Assembly (NCBI GenBank): GCA_021613535.1
Contig: CP075492.1
Location: 1,488,001-1,552,000, forward strand
DNA from: Adineta vaga
Taxonomy: Eukaryota > Animalia > Rotifera
Direction of reading: 5' to 3'
Length of the DNA: 64,000 nucleotides
A program made the position numbers and the translations under genes. Of this stretch, positions 38,030 to 52,132 are shown one piece after another; positions within the stretch are counted from its first letter, which is position 1, and every line of letters begins with the position of its first letter. The notes beneath the pieces are model-generated. The model searched no databases and had not been told where the DNA came from. It saw only the letters and a program-made list of their open reading frames with translations.

Positions 38030-39461
38030 TTACAGTTTGGTATTTTCTTCAGATAGATTTCGAAAAGAAAAATATCTCGAAAGTTTTCCGTAAACAGTTG
38101 AAACATAACAATGTGGATAAAGTGGAAAAAAATTATTTTTATCCACTATATTACTTAATGGACCATTTATTGATGACGATGCTTGAAGTATACATAATAC
38201 TAGAAATGATATTAAATATAATAGTAAATATGTTTTATAATCATCTTTAAATATAGAAATATAAGCATCGTAAAGCATCCAAAAACCACGCCAAGTAAAA
38301 ACGCAAGATAAAAATGCCAAAAAATGACGAATATTTCGATAAAGTTGAGGAAAATTTATTGAAATAAATGTCCAAAAATGATATTTTATATTTAATTCTT
38401 CTAAATATCTTTGAAAATACATTAATAGAAAATAAAGAATATAACCAATCAAAAGACAAAGACCAACCGACATAGGCAAATAATCTGGATAAAACAAATC
38501 ATCAAGCAAATGATAAAATCCACGCCAAGTAATTATTGATAAATTTGATATAATTATTTCATATAAAAGAAAATTTATTAAATTAATTCTCCATTGTTTC
38601 ATCTATTTCAAAAAAATAAACTTATTTAAAATAAAAATATGAAATCAAACTTACTTCTCTTGTCAGTAACGGACACCCGAAATGAATACAATATTTAATT
38701 GAATCATAACAAGAAAGAAATGGTGAACAAACTAAATCTGATAAATGTCCAGTAAATGAAATTAATGTAAACAATGATGTTAATGATAGAGTTAATTTAA
38801 AATACCATTCATCTGGTGTAAATTGATCCCATATTGTCCATAACATTTCCCATTGAATAATATAAATTGATCCTAATAAAAATATATGAAATTTTAATAA
38901 AAGAAATTCAATTATTGATCTTTGTTTTTCTAAATAAATATAAATCTTATTTTGACCAAGATAATAAAATAAAAGTAAGATTTGTACAATTAAATATGGA
39001 ATTGATAATGATAATAATGAATATGAAACAAATTCTTTAGTATTTTTTTTATCTAAATTTGAGTGAGTTGGAAATTTGTTTAAAATATTCAAAAAAATCA
39101 TAACTAAATTCCAACCACACCCCCAAAATAAAACAAGAATTGGAAATAATATTAAACCAGTTATTATTGGTTCAATAAAATATAAAAATTTTCGACTAGT
39201 TTTACTTAATTTCTCTTCATTATATTCATCGAAAATATTTGTACCTTCCTCAACAATGGTTTGAGAAATTTGAGATATAATTGATAATCTACGTGGTGAT
39301 TGATCGAAGATTTCATGAAGATTTCTTTCTGCCATTGCTATAAATGATTGTTGAGATTCCAGACCAGTTGGTGGAACATAAGGTTGAGGATGATATTCAC
39401 TACTATGTGGTAAATATGTTTGAGAAATAATTGATGAGTCACATTGAACATTGCGACACAT
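38030..39461 (-). CDS. Fuseless-family multi-pass membrane protein; exons 39461-38655 and 38602-38030
   Basis: Repeated W(R/G)G.W/Y motifs (FWGCGWNL, QWEMLWTIWD, TWRGFYHLLD, TWRGFWMLYD) typical of fuseless. 52-nt GT-AG intron in frame. Confidence 0.8.
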
Positions 39462-39849
39462 GCTAAAACGATATACACCATTAATTTCTTCCTGTTCATA
39501 GATAAAATAAGTAACACCGTGAATTTTCTTCCGCTGACGACTATTCAGAACTTATTCTTTTTATACGAATTTAATAAATTAGTGATTCGCTTGTTTTTCT
39601 ACCCGATTTTTATACAAAAATTATTTTGTTGATGAAGATTGTAACTTCCCTTTTTCTTTAATGAAACTACTTCTTGCTCATATGTAACACCCACACCCAC
39701 ACCCTCAAGAACTCAAAATCTTTCCTCAATGTTTTTATAAGAAGAATTGACTATTTTACTCTATCTGCTCTGTTGTTACTCTATATATTCTGAAAGATAT
39801 ACTTACGATTGTTTTCTATAAGGCGTACGCACAGTCTGACCATCACCAC

Positions 39850-40349
39850 TAAGTATCACCATTTCGACTTCTATTCCTGCAAGGAAAACAAACAAATAAA
39901 TTTAAGTAGAATATAAGAAAAGATTATCATATGAATCATTCGTATATAAATCTATTGTAAAATGGTGAAACTTATGGATTAATTGTTGAAATTACTTTTC
40001 TATTTCTATGATTGAATTACTTATCCGAACTTCGTCCAACTTCATTTAAGTTCGAGAGCATAGTCAAAGACTTGGGCTCCTTGGTTTTACGTGTTGTAGT
40101 TGAATCAAACGCTTGTCGCTCTAATTCGAACCTTGCCTGTTGTTGTGTGGCCCAATCAAGAGGTAAAAAACGCAACTTCATTTGCACTGCACTTACAACC
40201 CAAATTGTGCTTGAAATAGCTAAATGTTCTAAGCAGGAACGGATAATTTTCATAAATTTGAGAAAGATATGATCAAATGCAAAAAGCGCTCTTAGATAGT
40301 CGACACCAGTGAACCTACGTAATGAAGGAATTTTTTCGATTTTCCTCAC
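39850..40349 (-). CDS. Hypothetical spliced gene fragment
   Basis: 110-aa ORF ending at donor AA|gtaatt (~40019), with acceptor ccttgcag at ~39877 giving KNRSRNGDT*. No family recognised. Confidence 0.3.
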
Positions 40350-42445
40350 ATCACAATCAACGTAATAGGATTTTTTCTGATATGATCATATTTCATATTC
40401 ATATTGATTGATAGTTCAGCAAAGGTAAAGACATGTTTCTCATATTTTTGCATTGATAATTCAATTTCTAGCATGTTTTTTTTTCAATATGCTTCATTCT
40501 AGAAAACTTCAGTTTCGTTCATTCGATAGTATAGTACCTACACTTTTGAATAAAGTGAGAGCGATATACTGGATTTTTCAAAATCCGAAGATAGAGCGAA
40601 CGACAGAAATATACAGTCTGTTCCTGCATTCAAGATGGTAATATTCATTTCCGTACAAATGAACTTCAAAATCAGTAACTGCAAATATTTTAGGAAAATA
40701 TCATGCACGATGTTGAGCAAACGCTTTGAAGACAAAAGATTCGAGAATGTAATAAATATCTCAATATGAGAATCAAATGAAACAAGATTGGTCGCATAAA
40801 TCTACTTACTGTATCACTAGTATATGTAAAATAATTATTGACTTGATGATCAGCGAGGAGAGAATCTGTTGTTGTTGTTGTTGTTGTTGTACTGTATAGC
40901 GATCCGTTTTTGCTAATACGTCCAGCTTTAAATGTCCTCTATTCATTTCGGTTATAACGGACATTGCGATCTTTCACAATTCTTTCAGTTTGTAATTACT
41001 CACACATCATCATGAAGGAATTTTACCTGTCTATGTTTAACGTCTTTTGCAACATCTTTGCCTTATTTAAGATCGTATGGTTTTTACCAGGCGTCGTCGC
41101 AACATGTATGTCAGGTTTTCTTTGTCTGATAATAATAAAGGATGCGTATTCATGATGTCATTTTTGAGAGTGGGAGTTCGAGATGGGCATAGTGAATAAT
41201 CCAATTGTCCACAATCATCTGCAATTTAGAAGCCGATATTATTATTAGATGAAGCTCGACGAGCTGATTCTATGATCATCCAAAGTCATCCATCTCTTTT
41301 GATAGGGAGTAAGTCTACTCTACGGAGTGGTTCGATCTCAAGGTCAAATGATTTCATTGACTATTTTATGCCGAATCGAAGTCCGTGAAAAACTGCATCG
41401 ATGAGTGCAACTACGAACTCATGACTCACAACGAAGGGAAGAAATAGGGGATAAAGAGAACGGGAGTAATGCGTGCATATCTGCACGTAGACATACGATA
41501 AGAATGATGAAAAGATGACAATGAGTAACCAGCGGTATACTGTTTCACAGTTTTTTCATTTCTTTTTTTACGTAAGCGTCTGTGTTGTTCGTGAAGACAA
41601 CAGTTTTCATTACGTCAGAAATTGAATTTACCGAATGAAAATGAGCACTGTTATTCATGACACAGTAGAACAACGATTTGTGGACAATCTTGGAATGGCG
41701 CCTTTTTTTGTGAGATAATTCTTCGGAAACATGTGATTTCATTTCTTCGCAATACACCGTTCATGTTCTTGACACAAACGAGATCATATTTCTGCACGAT
41801 AGGACATCCTGCGTTAAAGCTAACACAAAACAGCATCCTCTGGAAGATGAAGGCGTTAATTTCTGGGATAATTCGATTTGGTCTGGCAACAGTCCTAACA
41901 TATTAATAAATTTTGCAGAAACATTGATCAATTAATGGCAAGATAAGATTGTCGGGATAAATACAAGTACGATGCTCTCAAAACTAATCTCGAGAATACG
42001 AGCAGGCATCCTATTCCCCGATGATGAACATTTCCAAATTAGTTCCGGCGCGCGAACAAGTTTCACCGCCAATTTATTTTGTAATTGGAGCAGTAACGAA
42101 ATTCAAGGAATTTGGTTGGAACTGATTCCGCGATGCGCAACATCGGGCAATAGTAAGTATTCTCAATAACACCTTCTTTGGCATTTTTATTTCATTTTAT
42201 TACACGGTGATTGTTTCGATTTATTATATAAATAATTTGTTCATTATGCAAAAAGATAGAAGTAGGAGAATTTAGTCGATTTCCTTGCTCATTTTCACCA
42301 GCAGCCAATGTTCCTTGTTTTCCTTTTATGTCGCTTATTTTTCATCGTCTCACTTTGTAGTTTCAGTAATCAGAAACAAAAACATATCCATATTTATCTA
42401 TGTTAGATCAGAACAAGCGATATTTCAAATGAGAATTTCTTGATA

Positions 42446-42600
42446 AGTTTGATTGAACCATTGAATAATTCGTTTGTTTTCATGATCATCAATAATCAAC
42501 CAATTATCATGTTGATTAACAAGCAAACCTCTTGATTTATTTAATTGATCTATTCTATTTCCATTAAACCATTTCCACCTGTGATAGTTCTTGCATTTTG
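42446..42600 (-). pseudogene. NHL-repeat remnant
   Basis: QNARTITGGNG, frameshift, NGNRIDQLNKSRGLLVNQHDNWLIIDDHENKRIIQW: one decayed NHL repeat. Confidence 0.7.
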
Positions 42601-43648
42601 TTTTCGAAAAAGAACTAAAAGGATTACGAACAATGCGACATTTTGTTAATTAAGTTTTAACAAAGATTTTTTCGATTTCAGCAGTTCTGTATAGGTAATC
42701 AGATTCAGTTTTTAACATTGGCGACGAATCTACCATTTATTTTATTCAAATTTATGTAAAAAACTAGATTCTTAACTAATTTAAAATCATATTTTCGTTG
42801 TTTTAGAAAGAAAATCTTTTCAAAACATGTCGCGAAACATATTTGATCCATAGAGAATTTTATTCTATACAAAATAAACGAGTTTATGGGAAATATGATT
42901 TTGCGGCCAATTCCAAAATGGTTCGGTACTTTTATAACAAATTCAAGTTATTCATTTGTGCCATGAACGAGCAAAACGAACAATTCAAGCACCTAACTAT
43001 ATAATATTGGACCAAGACAAATTCTTATGCGTATGTAAATGATTTTGTTGCAAAATCAGATTCCCCATTATATGTGATTTCAACTATATGTCATTTCTCT
43101 AACTACACCAATCAACGTGTAATACACAATGAAGTATTCGAAAGATCTAATTTCGCTTTCTTGTACAAACAACGATGTAGCGATAATGATTGTGGCGTAG
43201 AAAGTCAGATATAGATGTTCCCTTGTTTCTTTAATATTTTTCATAATGATAAAATTCATTGAATACATTACTGTTTGCTATTTTTTTTTAATATTTAAAT
43301 ATAATCATATGATCAGTATTATTTTTGCGAAAGAGTTTCTTATAGCAAAGTGGGAATAATAATTAGTTTTATTATTTGACATTCTTAACAAAAAAAAGAA
43401 AAGAAAAATGATTCAAAAATACTCTATATAATAAAGAAAAAGAAACCATTGTAAATTTCTGGATGATAAGTTCGATTCAAAAGAAGACATTCGTATTGTA
43501 CTTATAATTTTGATAAGTAGGATATTTAAAGGTTTCTTTGATTGATTTAAAAAAAAAATAATATTATATCATAAAAAGAATATATTATTTCTCTTCTTCA
43601 TGCAAATAACATCGACAGAATATTTCATTCATTGTTGACGATAGTTCG

Positions 43649-45758
43649 ATGTTAACACATGCAACTAAACCAACAGTTATTCATGTTAAAAAAAGTTCAT
43701 CACGAGTATTTCATTTTATTGTTATTAGTTCGTTCTTTTGATGTTGAGAATACTTTTTAGTCAAATCCAACGAATGTTCGTATAGAAAATACGGATGATC
43801 TGTCTGTTGCACAGAACCAATCGAGAAAAACCGATAATTCATCTGTTAAAGTAACGAGAATAACTTTATCGCAGATCGATGTCAAAGAAATTAATGATCC
43901 TTCGTTTGATAATTTCACTAATTGTCATAAAACAATTAGTCCGTCTTCAATTCATTTTACTCCGATTGAAGTAAAGAATTCTATTAGATTATGATAAATA
44001 TATTTTTGTATATTATAGTCAAAAAATGGTCATTCAACATTATTAGATACACGATTATCATCTTTTGCTAATACAAATTCGATTTCACGATTCAAGGTAC
44101 TTTTCTATAATTGAATCTAGATAACAATTATTTTTCTCTATTTCTATTACATTTAGTTAGGATCATTGGGTGGTGATGATGATGATGAGAAAGAAGAGCG
44201 AAGAAAAAGACGAAGAAGGTATATAATATCTAAAAATATATTTTGTAAAATAATATTTTGTTGTCAATGTAGAGGTGGATTTTTTCAAATAACAAGTTGT
44301 TGTTGCTGTGCTTTATTTGCCGCTGCTATCGCTGCTATCTTACTTGCAGCTTTAATTACAGCCATAATTTGGCTTCGTAAATATTCATGGATTAAATTCT
44401 TGGAATATCGATATAATTTATTTTCTAGTTATGCAACCGAAGGTAACCACAACGACAACAACTTCGACCAGCAGTAAGTAGAATACATAGATATATATTG
44501 ATATCCAATAAATACAGAAAATATTGATTTTTCTTATTAAAGCTACAAGTACCACAACAACTACTACTACGGCGACCACTAGCACCTCATCAACAACAAG
44601 TACATCCAGTAGTTCTAGTACTTCCAGTACTTCCAGTACCTCAAGTACTTCCAGCACAACATCAACATCAGCGACGACCAGTACTTCAAGTACCTCTAGT
44701 ACCTCCAGTACCTCCAGTACATCCAGCACTTCAGCTACAACGACGACGACAACGACGAGCACTACCACCACTACAGGATGTACATCGTGTGAGTATTCCG
44801 TAAAATGCTAGGCCTTTCTTACACCACTGTTAAATATCTCTCCTACATAATTACCTCCATAATCTGAACGAAGTTAGACGGTTCTCAGCGTATTCAATTA
44901 TAGTAGTTTCATTGTATTTTTAATCTTTTAGGTTCTAATTATTGTTGGAATACAACGGGTGCAACAGTGGCTGGAACTAGTGGTTCTGGTGCCATTGCGA
45001 AAGCTACTAGTATATACATTGATCCATATGATAAAATGTATCTATCTGGTCATAACGTTGGACACATAGAAATGTGTCTAACGAATGCTACAAGTAGAAC
45101 TTCAACAGCGTCTGATACTGATCATATTGATTATATTACATTCGACAAAGATGGATATATGTACACAAACGATCATGAAAATGATCGAGTGAAGCGTTTT
45201 TCACCAGGCTCTTCAACTGGTACCGTTATTGCTGGAACTGGTACGTCGACTCCTGCCACCCTCAATAACCCAGTAGGTGTTGCAGTCGATGATAATTTGA
45301 ATCTTTACATCGGCGAGCAAGGAACAGATAAAGTGTTAATGTTGCCTCCCAATTCAACAACTCTGGTCACGGCCATTAACACAGGTGGTACTATCAAAAC
45401 GATGTCGGCACTTTTACTTTCATCTAGTTCATCAAACGAAATTTACATCAGTGATGAAGGTGGTACGAAAGTCTTTCTATGGCCATTTAATGCTTCATCT
45501 GCCCGAGTGACATATACTAGTGTCTCTAGTGGTCCTTCAACGCTTAATAAACCAAGAGGTCTAAAATTAGATTCTCTAGGTAATTTGTACGTTGCAGATC
45601 AAGAAAACAAACGAATAGTGATGTATTGTGTTAATTCTACGATGGGCCATGTGGTCATGCAAATGGGTGACAAACCTGTTGATCTTGCATTCGATTCCAA
45701 TATGAATATGTACACATTTTTAGATTCGGGTGAAGTTGTACGACATAAATTATTATAG
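43649..45758 (+). CDS. Type II membrane protein: cytosolic N-terminus, CCCC cluster + TM, Thr/Ser mucin stalk, NHL beta-propeller (~8 exons)
   Basis: GT-AG exons join in frame: acidic/basic patch, TSCCCCALFAAAIAAILLAALITAIIWL, T/S stalk 44543-44788, NHL repeats (YTNDHENDRV, LYVADQENKRI). The start codon is uncertain. Confidence 0.85.
44545..44775 (+). repeat. Coding 9-bp-period Thr-Ser-Ser repeat (mucin-like stalk)
   Basis: agtacttcc/agtacctcc units encoding (STS)n and poly-Thr. Confidence 0.85.
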
Positions 45759-46201
45759 ACTGACTCATTTTCTTTTTTTGTTTTTTTTAAACAAATATTA
45801 ATTATTAAAATTTGAATTTCTGTAACTATGTGAACATTTCATCGATATAAAATGAAACATACGATAGGGTTTCTTTTTCTTTCCAAAATTGATGTTTTCA
45901 ATTTACTCGAAGCACAATAAATGGCTGCTGAGTTAGGTTCTCAGATCTCAAACGGTAAATTTTGTGACTTTACAAGCAAATTCATCATTTCTTTATCGTC
46001 AATTTTATCCGTTGACAGATCAATAAATACAATCGACTCAAAATTTCGGATTTTTTTCTCAATGCTCGTGTGTTTTTCTTTACAAACTGTTATGAATTTA
46101 CCTGATTTTATATTTATTTTATTTCCATACATTTTTACAATGATTTGTGTATATCGATTGTGTATCTTAGATGATAAAAGAAATAAATCAATCAATGTTA
46201 T

Positions 46202-48068
46202 TCAACATAACGACCATAAATATAATCTCTCATTGATATATATTGTCTTATGATTAAAACGTAATATTCCAGAATTAATTAAACTATTGAAATGTTTAAG
46301 ATCATAGTTTTGTACATATTGAAAACATAAGAGATTTAAATGACGATTAATTTGATTATTTTCATCCAATAGAAATCGTAATATTGATTCTATATTATTC
46401 ATTTCTATATTAATTTCCAGATATTCTAAATGAGGAAATAACATAACAAGTATTTCAAGTCTGGATAATGCACAACATTTCTGAAGAAAAATCACATTTT
46501 TAATACGATTTGTTTTGAATAACAATTGAAAATTTTCATTTTGTTCAATAGATGTTTTATTTTGTTTAAAAAAAGTCATCGTATGAAGTGTTAATGTATG
46601 AATATTCGGCATAGAACATAATAGATCGATCAAATTCAAAATAGAAAAGCATTCCAATTGGATTACTAAAGTTTTCACTTGTTCTAAAGATAGAATTCGA
46701 TTAAGACTGGTTCCAATCAATCCATATGTATCAATCGAAAAGGGATTTTTTAAAGTAAGTTCAGTTATATTTGGAAAATAATTCATACATTGATTCAATG
46801 CATTTTCATTTGTAATTAGAAGATGATTAACTGATTTAAAAATGATCCTATTTTCATTTCGAATAGTCATTTCATTTAATTGTACACGTAATGTAAAATC
46901 CTTTTTTCTAAATAGATAAAAATCTATATGGAAATTCTTATGAATAATTTTCTAAATACATACCGATATGGACCTACTGAAGAGATAATTCCATATGTAC
47001 AGAAGGGTACTTTTTCTAATCGATAGTCGAAAAACCATTGTCGTTCAATCCAAAATGAAGATTGAAATGGACTAATTTGTTCTTCAAATACTTCTTTTGT
47101 ATCATCATTAGACATATCATGTTGAATTAGAAAAATATCGAAAACATGTAAATTGGTTAAATATGTTAATATAAGTTGTTTCCATCTATTTCCATCTATA
47201 CAAGTACTATCGGATGTAATGCGTAATATTTCGATGAAAGAAAAACGATTCATTAAAATTTGTTCGAGATGATGAAATGTTGTATCTTGAAATGTGAAAG
47301 ATGCTGATGTTAAATTATTCAAAGTGAAATTAGGCAAATTGGTTTGGACAAAAACGTTACTATTTGATAAATATGCTGATAAATAACGAAGATGAGGAAC
47401 ATAAGATAATAAATTAACTAATTGATAAACAGATATGGAATCAATAATGATTAAATGTTCGATTGAACTGTATTCATCGATTGTTCTAGATAATATTCTT
47501 GTAGAACGAAAAATTCCTAATAATAATTTGCAATATCATAGTGAAGGTAAACGAAATATTTCTTGATAAATTAAAGTTCTTTTAGGAACATGATCGAAAA
47601 CAGTAATAGTCAATGAATTGAGGTAGGGGAATGATTTGAATTGAGGAACAATATTTTCTAAATGATCTGATTGAATTTTTTCAAGAATGAGTGTTCGAAG
47701 ATATGTCATATTCGAAAAAATCAGATATAGATCGAATACAGGAAACAGTTTAACATTTGAACAATATGAATTCGTTGTATATTGGGTATAATTATATCTT
47801 GATTATAATCAACAAAAGTTGATTGAGACATAAGAGGAATATTGATTTTAATAGGAATAAGAGTTGATTCCATGACAACATAACGAAATCGATAGTTAAT
47901 ATGGAAAAATCCCTTGTAAATATTGAAAAAATCGAGATATTCAAATACTTCATAAATTATTTCATTGGCAAGATCTTCAAAATGGGTTATCTTTTCTTTT
48001 ACACCACTAAACAAGCAAGAAAGTTTTATACAAAAAAAGAACATTCATTTTACTTACCAACTTGTCAT
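46202..48068 (-). pseudogene. F-box / leucine-rich-repeat gene with frameshift and stop
   Basis: F-box FEDLANEIIYEVFEYLD followed by LRR-like segments and D.NRW.QLI..L..FD..WIERQW. Frameshift near 47730 and in-frame TGA near 47537 (RLPSL*YCKL). Introns near 48057-48007 and 46962-46912. Confidence 0.8.
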
Positions 48069-48457
48069 TGCTGTCAAATGTTTTTTACTTCTATTTGTAT
48101 TATGAAAATCATTAAAATAGTCAATTGAATTGACATTCGATTTATTCTATCGAAAAATCTAAAATGCACATTTACATTTGTTTGATTTCAACATTTTGCA
48201 CAAGAAGAAAAGAAAGAGAGTGTTTTTCTTCAATCGAACACGTTTTTTTAATTCATTCTTTAACATATCAGAAATAGAAATCTTATTTTATTTCTATTTT
48301 TTCTTTATAATAACGAAAAAAAGGTTCTTTTTATTCTCTATAAAGTAAAGATAAAGTAAAAAAATATCGTGTGTTCGTAAATCTTGAGAAATATACTTTC
48401 ATCCTTACTCCAAATTTATTTGAAAAAATCGAAGTATGAATAAAACAATAAATATTA

Positions 48458-48522
48458 CGGTGTGGGTGAGAGTTCAGAGATAATAATACTCCAATCTCCA
48501 CATTCACCCACACCCTCAAGAA
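48458..48522. mobile_element. Mini-MITE with telomere-like termini, uninterrupted copy
   Basis: ggtgtgggtgagagttcagagataataatactccaatctccacattcacccacaccctcaagaa; the internal sequence is shared with 52330-52370 and with the split copy 52648-53299. Confidence 0.75.
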
Positions 48523-48685
48523 TTTGTCTATTGCATTAACTGATAAGTAACGAACATCATTTTTTATTCTTGAAATGGGTATTGAGTGCCATTCTACAAA
48601 ATATAATAGTTCATATTACTGAATGATATTTATTATACAGAACGATTTACAAAAAAGTTTGTTTACATTCGAAAAAATACAATGA

Positions 48686-50925
48686 CTAAGTAGAAATAGG
48701 AGTTGGTGTGGGAGCATGTCCCAGTCGTTTCTTGAGGCATTCTACCTCACCACCATGCTTGCAAATGGCGACCCGCATCATGGCAAGTATATTGTTTGCT
48801 GCAATACTGTGATCATGTACACCGCCATGGAATGATACAGTGGCATCTTTGCCTATTTGACTTTTGAGCAGAGCTTGACCGCCTGGATGTGAATCAATAA
48901 AATTGCTGACATCATGAACGAAACCAGCGATCAAAACAAGTTGTCGATCGACATCCGTTTTGGCTAATTCCTGGTATTGTTCGAATGAAATGATGGGTAG
49001 CTGTGTTCTATCCTTGGGCCAAACAATATTTTCTCCAAACTTATCTAATGCTTTGCGCGTCATAGCGTATTGACCTTTTTGAATTTCGTTCTGGGGAAAT
49101 TTTTTTAGATTGCTGGCGAGACCGACTTTCTTCAAAATCCATATTACCCATTTGGTCGGATCGTACTGAAACCATAGAAGTGCATTGCGATAGTCGGATG
49201 GAAATTCATGGTGAAAATTGTGATATCCTTCGCCCAGTGTGACGAGAGCCGTGATGAAATGGTCTCGAGGTGAGTGCTTATCATCAAAAGGTGCATCGCC
49301 CAAATAGTGTGCTAGTGAATTGACGCAGAATGTTGAATGGTGAACAACTAGAAGACGAAGTACACTGGCGTAAAAGTATCCACCACGATAGTCACCCCAT
49401 CCAAGACCACACACGAGAATGGGAACAACAAAACCGACGATGATATTTAAAGAGAGAATGTTTTTGGATTGCCATTGAACACTCTTATCATTCGTAACAT
49501 CGGTCATATCAACGTAACCAGGAGGACGACGTGGTTTAAACAACAACCAGCCAATATGAGAATGAAAAAGACCTTTATGTGCACTGTATGGATCGAGATC
49601 GGTGTCCGTGTAGCGATGATGTGCTCGGTGACCACGTATCCACCAATGAGCAGATCCTTGAAGAGCACCTGCAGCTAGTGTGACTAAGACGTAGCGCAGT
49701 AACAAGGTCGCCTGGTACGATCGATGAGCGAAAAGACGATGATAACCAGCAGTGATGCCGAGTCCCGTAAGAAGGCCCCAAAAGAAGGTGAACATTGTCG
49801 TTTGCCACATGCCAACCGTAGTACAAATACCGTAAAGAGCGATAAATGGTTCACTACCAAGAACTATTACTTTAGGCCAATCGACTTGCTGGTACCAGTT
49901 CGACCAAGACATAGGTTGGAGTTCGGGTTCGTTCAGTAGGGTTCGCGCCACATAATTATTGTTGATAAAATATTCTTCCTCCTCGTTCGCAGTCATTTGA
50001 GGTTGCTGCATCGGTGAAAGTTCCTCAACAGTCGATATCGGTAAATCTAATGGCTTTGGTATGTAGGATATCACGACACGACGGCCTTTGATTCCATCAG
50101 CTGAATACATTACATCGTCTAAAAATACAGATGTAATACAAACTTTTATATTATTTAGACTATATCATTGATGAAGAAATATATTATACGCATAATAAGG
50201 CTCCGAGTCACATAATCGATCCTATACATCACATCCGTAAAACTAAGAAAGGTCAATTGTGAAAAGAGGTTAAAAAGAACTTAATTATTCATTCAATAAT
50301 CAAAGCAGACTATTTTTCAAATTGCGTCTCACTAAAGTACTATGCAGATGTGTTCGCAAAAATATTTCTTTCTCTACAGTGGAATCAAAATGTGTTAGTT
50401 TCAAATATCACTATAGCTACACTTGAAAATGTAAATCATCTCACATTTACTACTTAACTATAGTTATTCTGGAAAAAACATCGTGGAAGTTCGTTTGGAT
50501 TAACTTTTTCTTAAAATAAATGTGACCGTGTCTATTTTTAGTTTGCCCGACAAAGACGTTCAATGATGCTAAATTTGTTCTGTTCTTCAAAAAGCTAAAT
50601 GTCAAACCAATATTGATTTAGAAAAGCTTTAAAAATTTTTCATATTCTATTTAAACAGATAGAAATGTAAAGAAAATTAGTATCTAAAATAAAAAGACTT
50701 CTTCCATTTTTACCTCTCTTTTTCTCATGCAAATCAACTCAATTTGAAGGTGTCAATATCAAATTCTTTTTATTTCTTGTCTTGCTAATCAGAATAAAAT
50801 ATAATCCTTAGAAATATGAATACTTTAAATTTAAATTTTTCCAGAAGCATTTTGATTCTGATTTTTGTCTACTTATAACCTATTAGATAAAAAAATTGTA
50901 AAATTGATAACTCACTAGACATCAT
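48686..50925 (-). CDS. OLE1: Fungal-type delta-9 acyl-CoA desaturase with C-terminal cytochrome b5 (Ole1-like); main exon 50118-48686, putative micro-exon 50925-50916
   Basis: His boxes GYHRLFAH, HRAHH and GEGYHNFHH; DYRNA..QYDPTKW; cytochrome b5 HPGG motif at the C-terminus. GC clearly above the flanks. ATGATGTCTA|gtgagt joins in frame to ttttag|ACGATGTAATG. Confidence 0.93.
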
Positions 50926-52132
50926 TGATCATATCGAGCCGCTTGATTTTTATTTCTGATGAGAACAAATTTTTATTAGCTGTTCAAATGGTAAATTAAG
51001 AGATTCTGTTTATTGTGAATAATATTTTGTTCGCGATTTGTATGACTTGGTATTGTGATGTAATTTTTTTTTCTCTTATGTTCCATCGTATCAATCATTA
51101 TATATTATAACGAAAAATGCACTATCTTCTTGTTCTCTCATTTCTATATTTTTTTTTCTTAGTGCAGCTATGACACATGCTCTATTTTGCGTCAATTATT
51201 CTTTTGCGTTCTGTTTTACTTTCGTTTTTGCTTAGAAAATTTTCTCCGATTATTCAAAGAAAGAGAATGGGTCAAAGGAACAAGAACGCTCACACTCAGA
51301 GTCACTTATCTATGATTCATTATTGCACTTATAGTGTCAGTGCAGTGCAAACTATCAAGTTCAAGGTTATCAAAAATTCGACTTTTCTCACGGTGAGACC
51401 TTTGAATATTGATTTCAGACAACTTTCAATCAAGTGGAAGTTTCGATGATCGAGAAAATCATTTTCTGTATAAAATAAAATAAGATTTAGTGAGTTTCTA
51501 ATGATTTGTTCTGTTGCCACGTGTAATGTAACGACGTACAAAAAGAAATGATATCCTAGAGAATAAGGAACGCAATAGAATAGGTAGAGATGTAACAATG
51601 TTGTTCTGCCAGTTTTTTTTTAATGTTTTTATATTACATACACTTCGAAAACGAAACGAGATAAATTCTAGTTAATTTCAAAGAAATATTGAGCAAATTC
51701 TCTCTAAAAAACTAAATATCTCCTAGATCTGTACGATATAAAATAAGTTATCGATAGTGATATGAATCTTCTCCTCTTTTCTAGTTGTTTCTTTTAGATT
51801 AATATTTCTGTATTTTTCCCATTAGTCATAATATCGAACCATCGATAATATGTTTTCTAGGTATAAACAAGAGAACCATCTTCATGCAGTTAATTAATAA
51901 AGACTCATACAAAGTCAGATTCGCGTGCGTAGCCTAAGTATATGTATATTGACAACATAAAAGGGCAACATTATGATGATGCGAAGAAATGTTCAAATAG
52001 AACAAACTAAAAGAACAGGAATATATATTTCTATATATTCAAACGATTCTTGATCATCGAACGACAAGATCACGTTGATAACAGTTGAATCTGATCAATA
52101 ATAATCATATTAAAGAATAACTAGTATTATAT

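Noticed and set aside
41545-42190. Cys-rich broken reading frames, possibly a decayed DNA-transposon gene
   Set aside because: Multiple stops and no catalytic motif I can identify; the family cannot be supported.
44418-44771. Val/Leu/Glu-rich 117-aa minus-strand ORF
   Set aside because: Antisense shadow of the Thr/Ser stalk exon.
49469-49939. Overlapping small ORFs within the desaturase
   Set aside because: Alternate-frame and antisense shadows in a GC-richer CDS.
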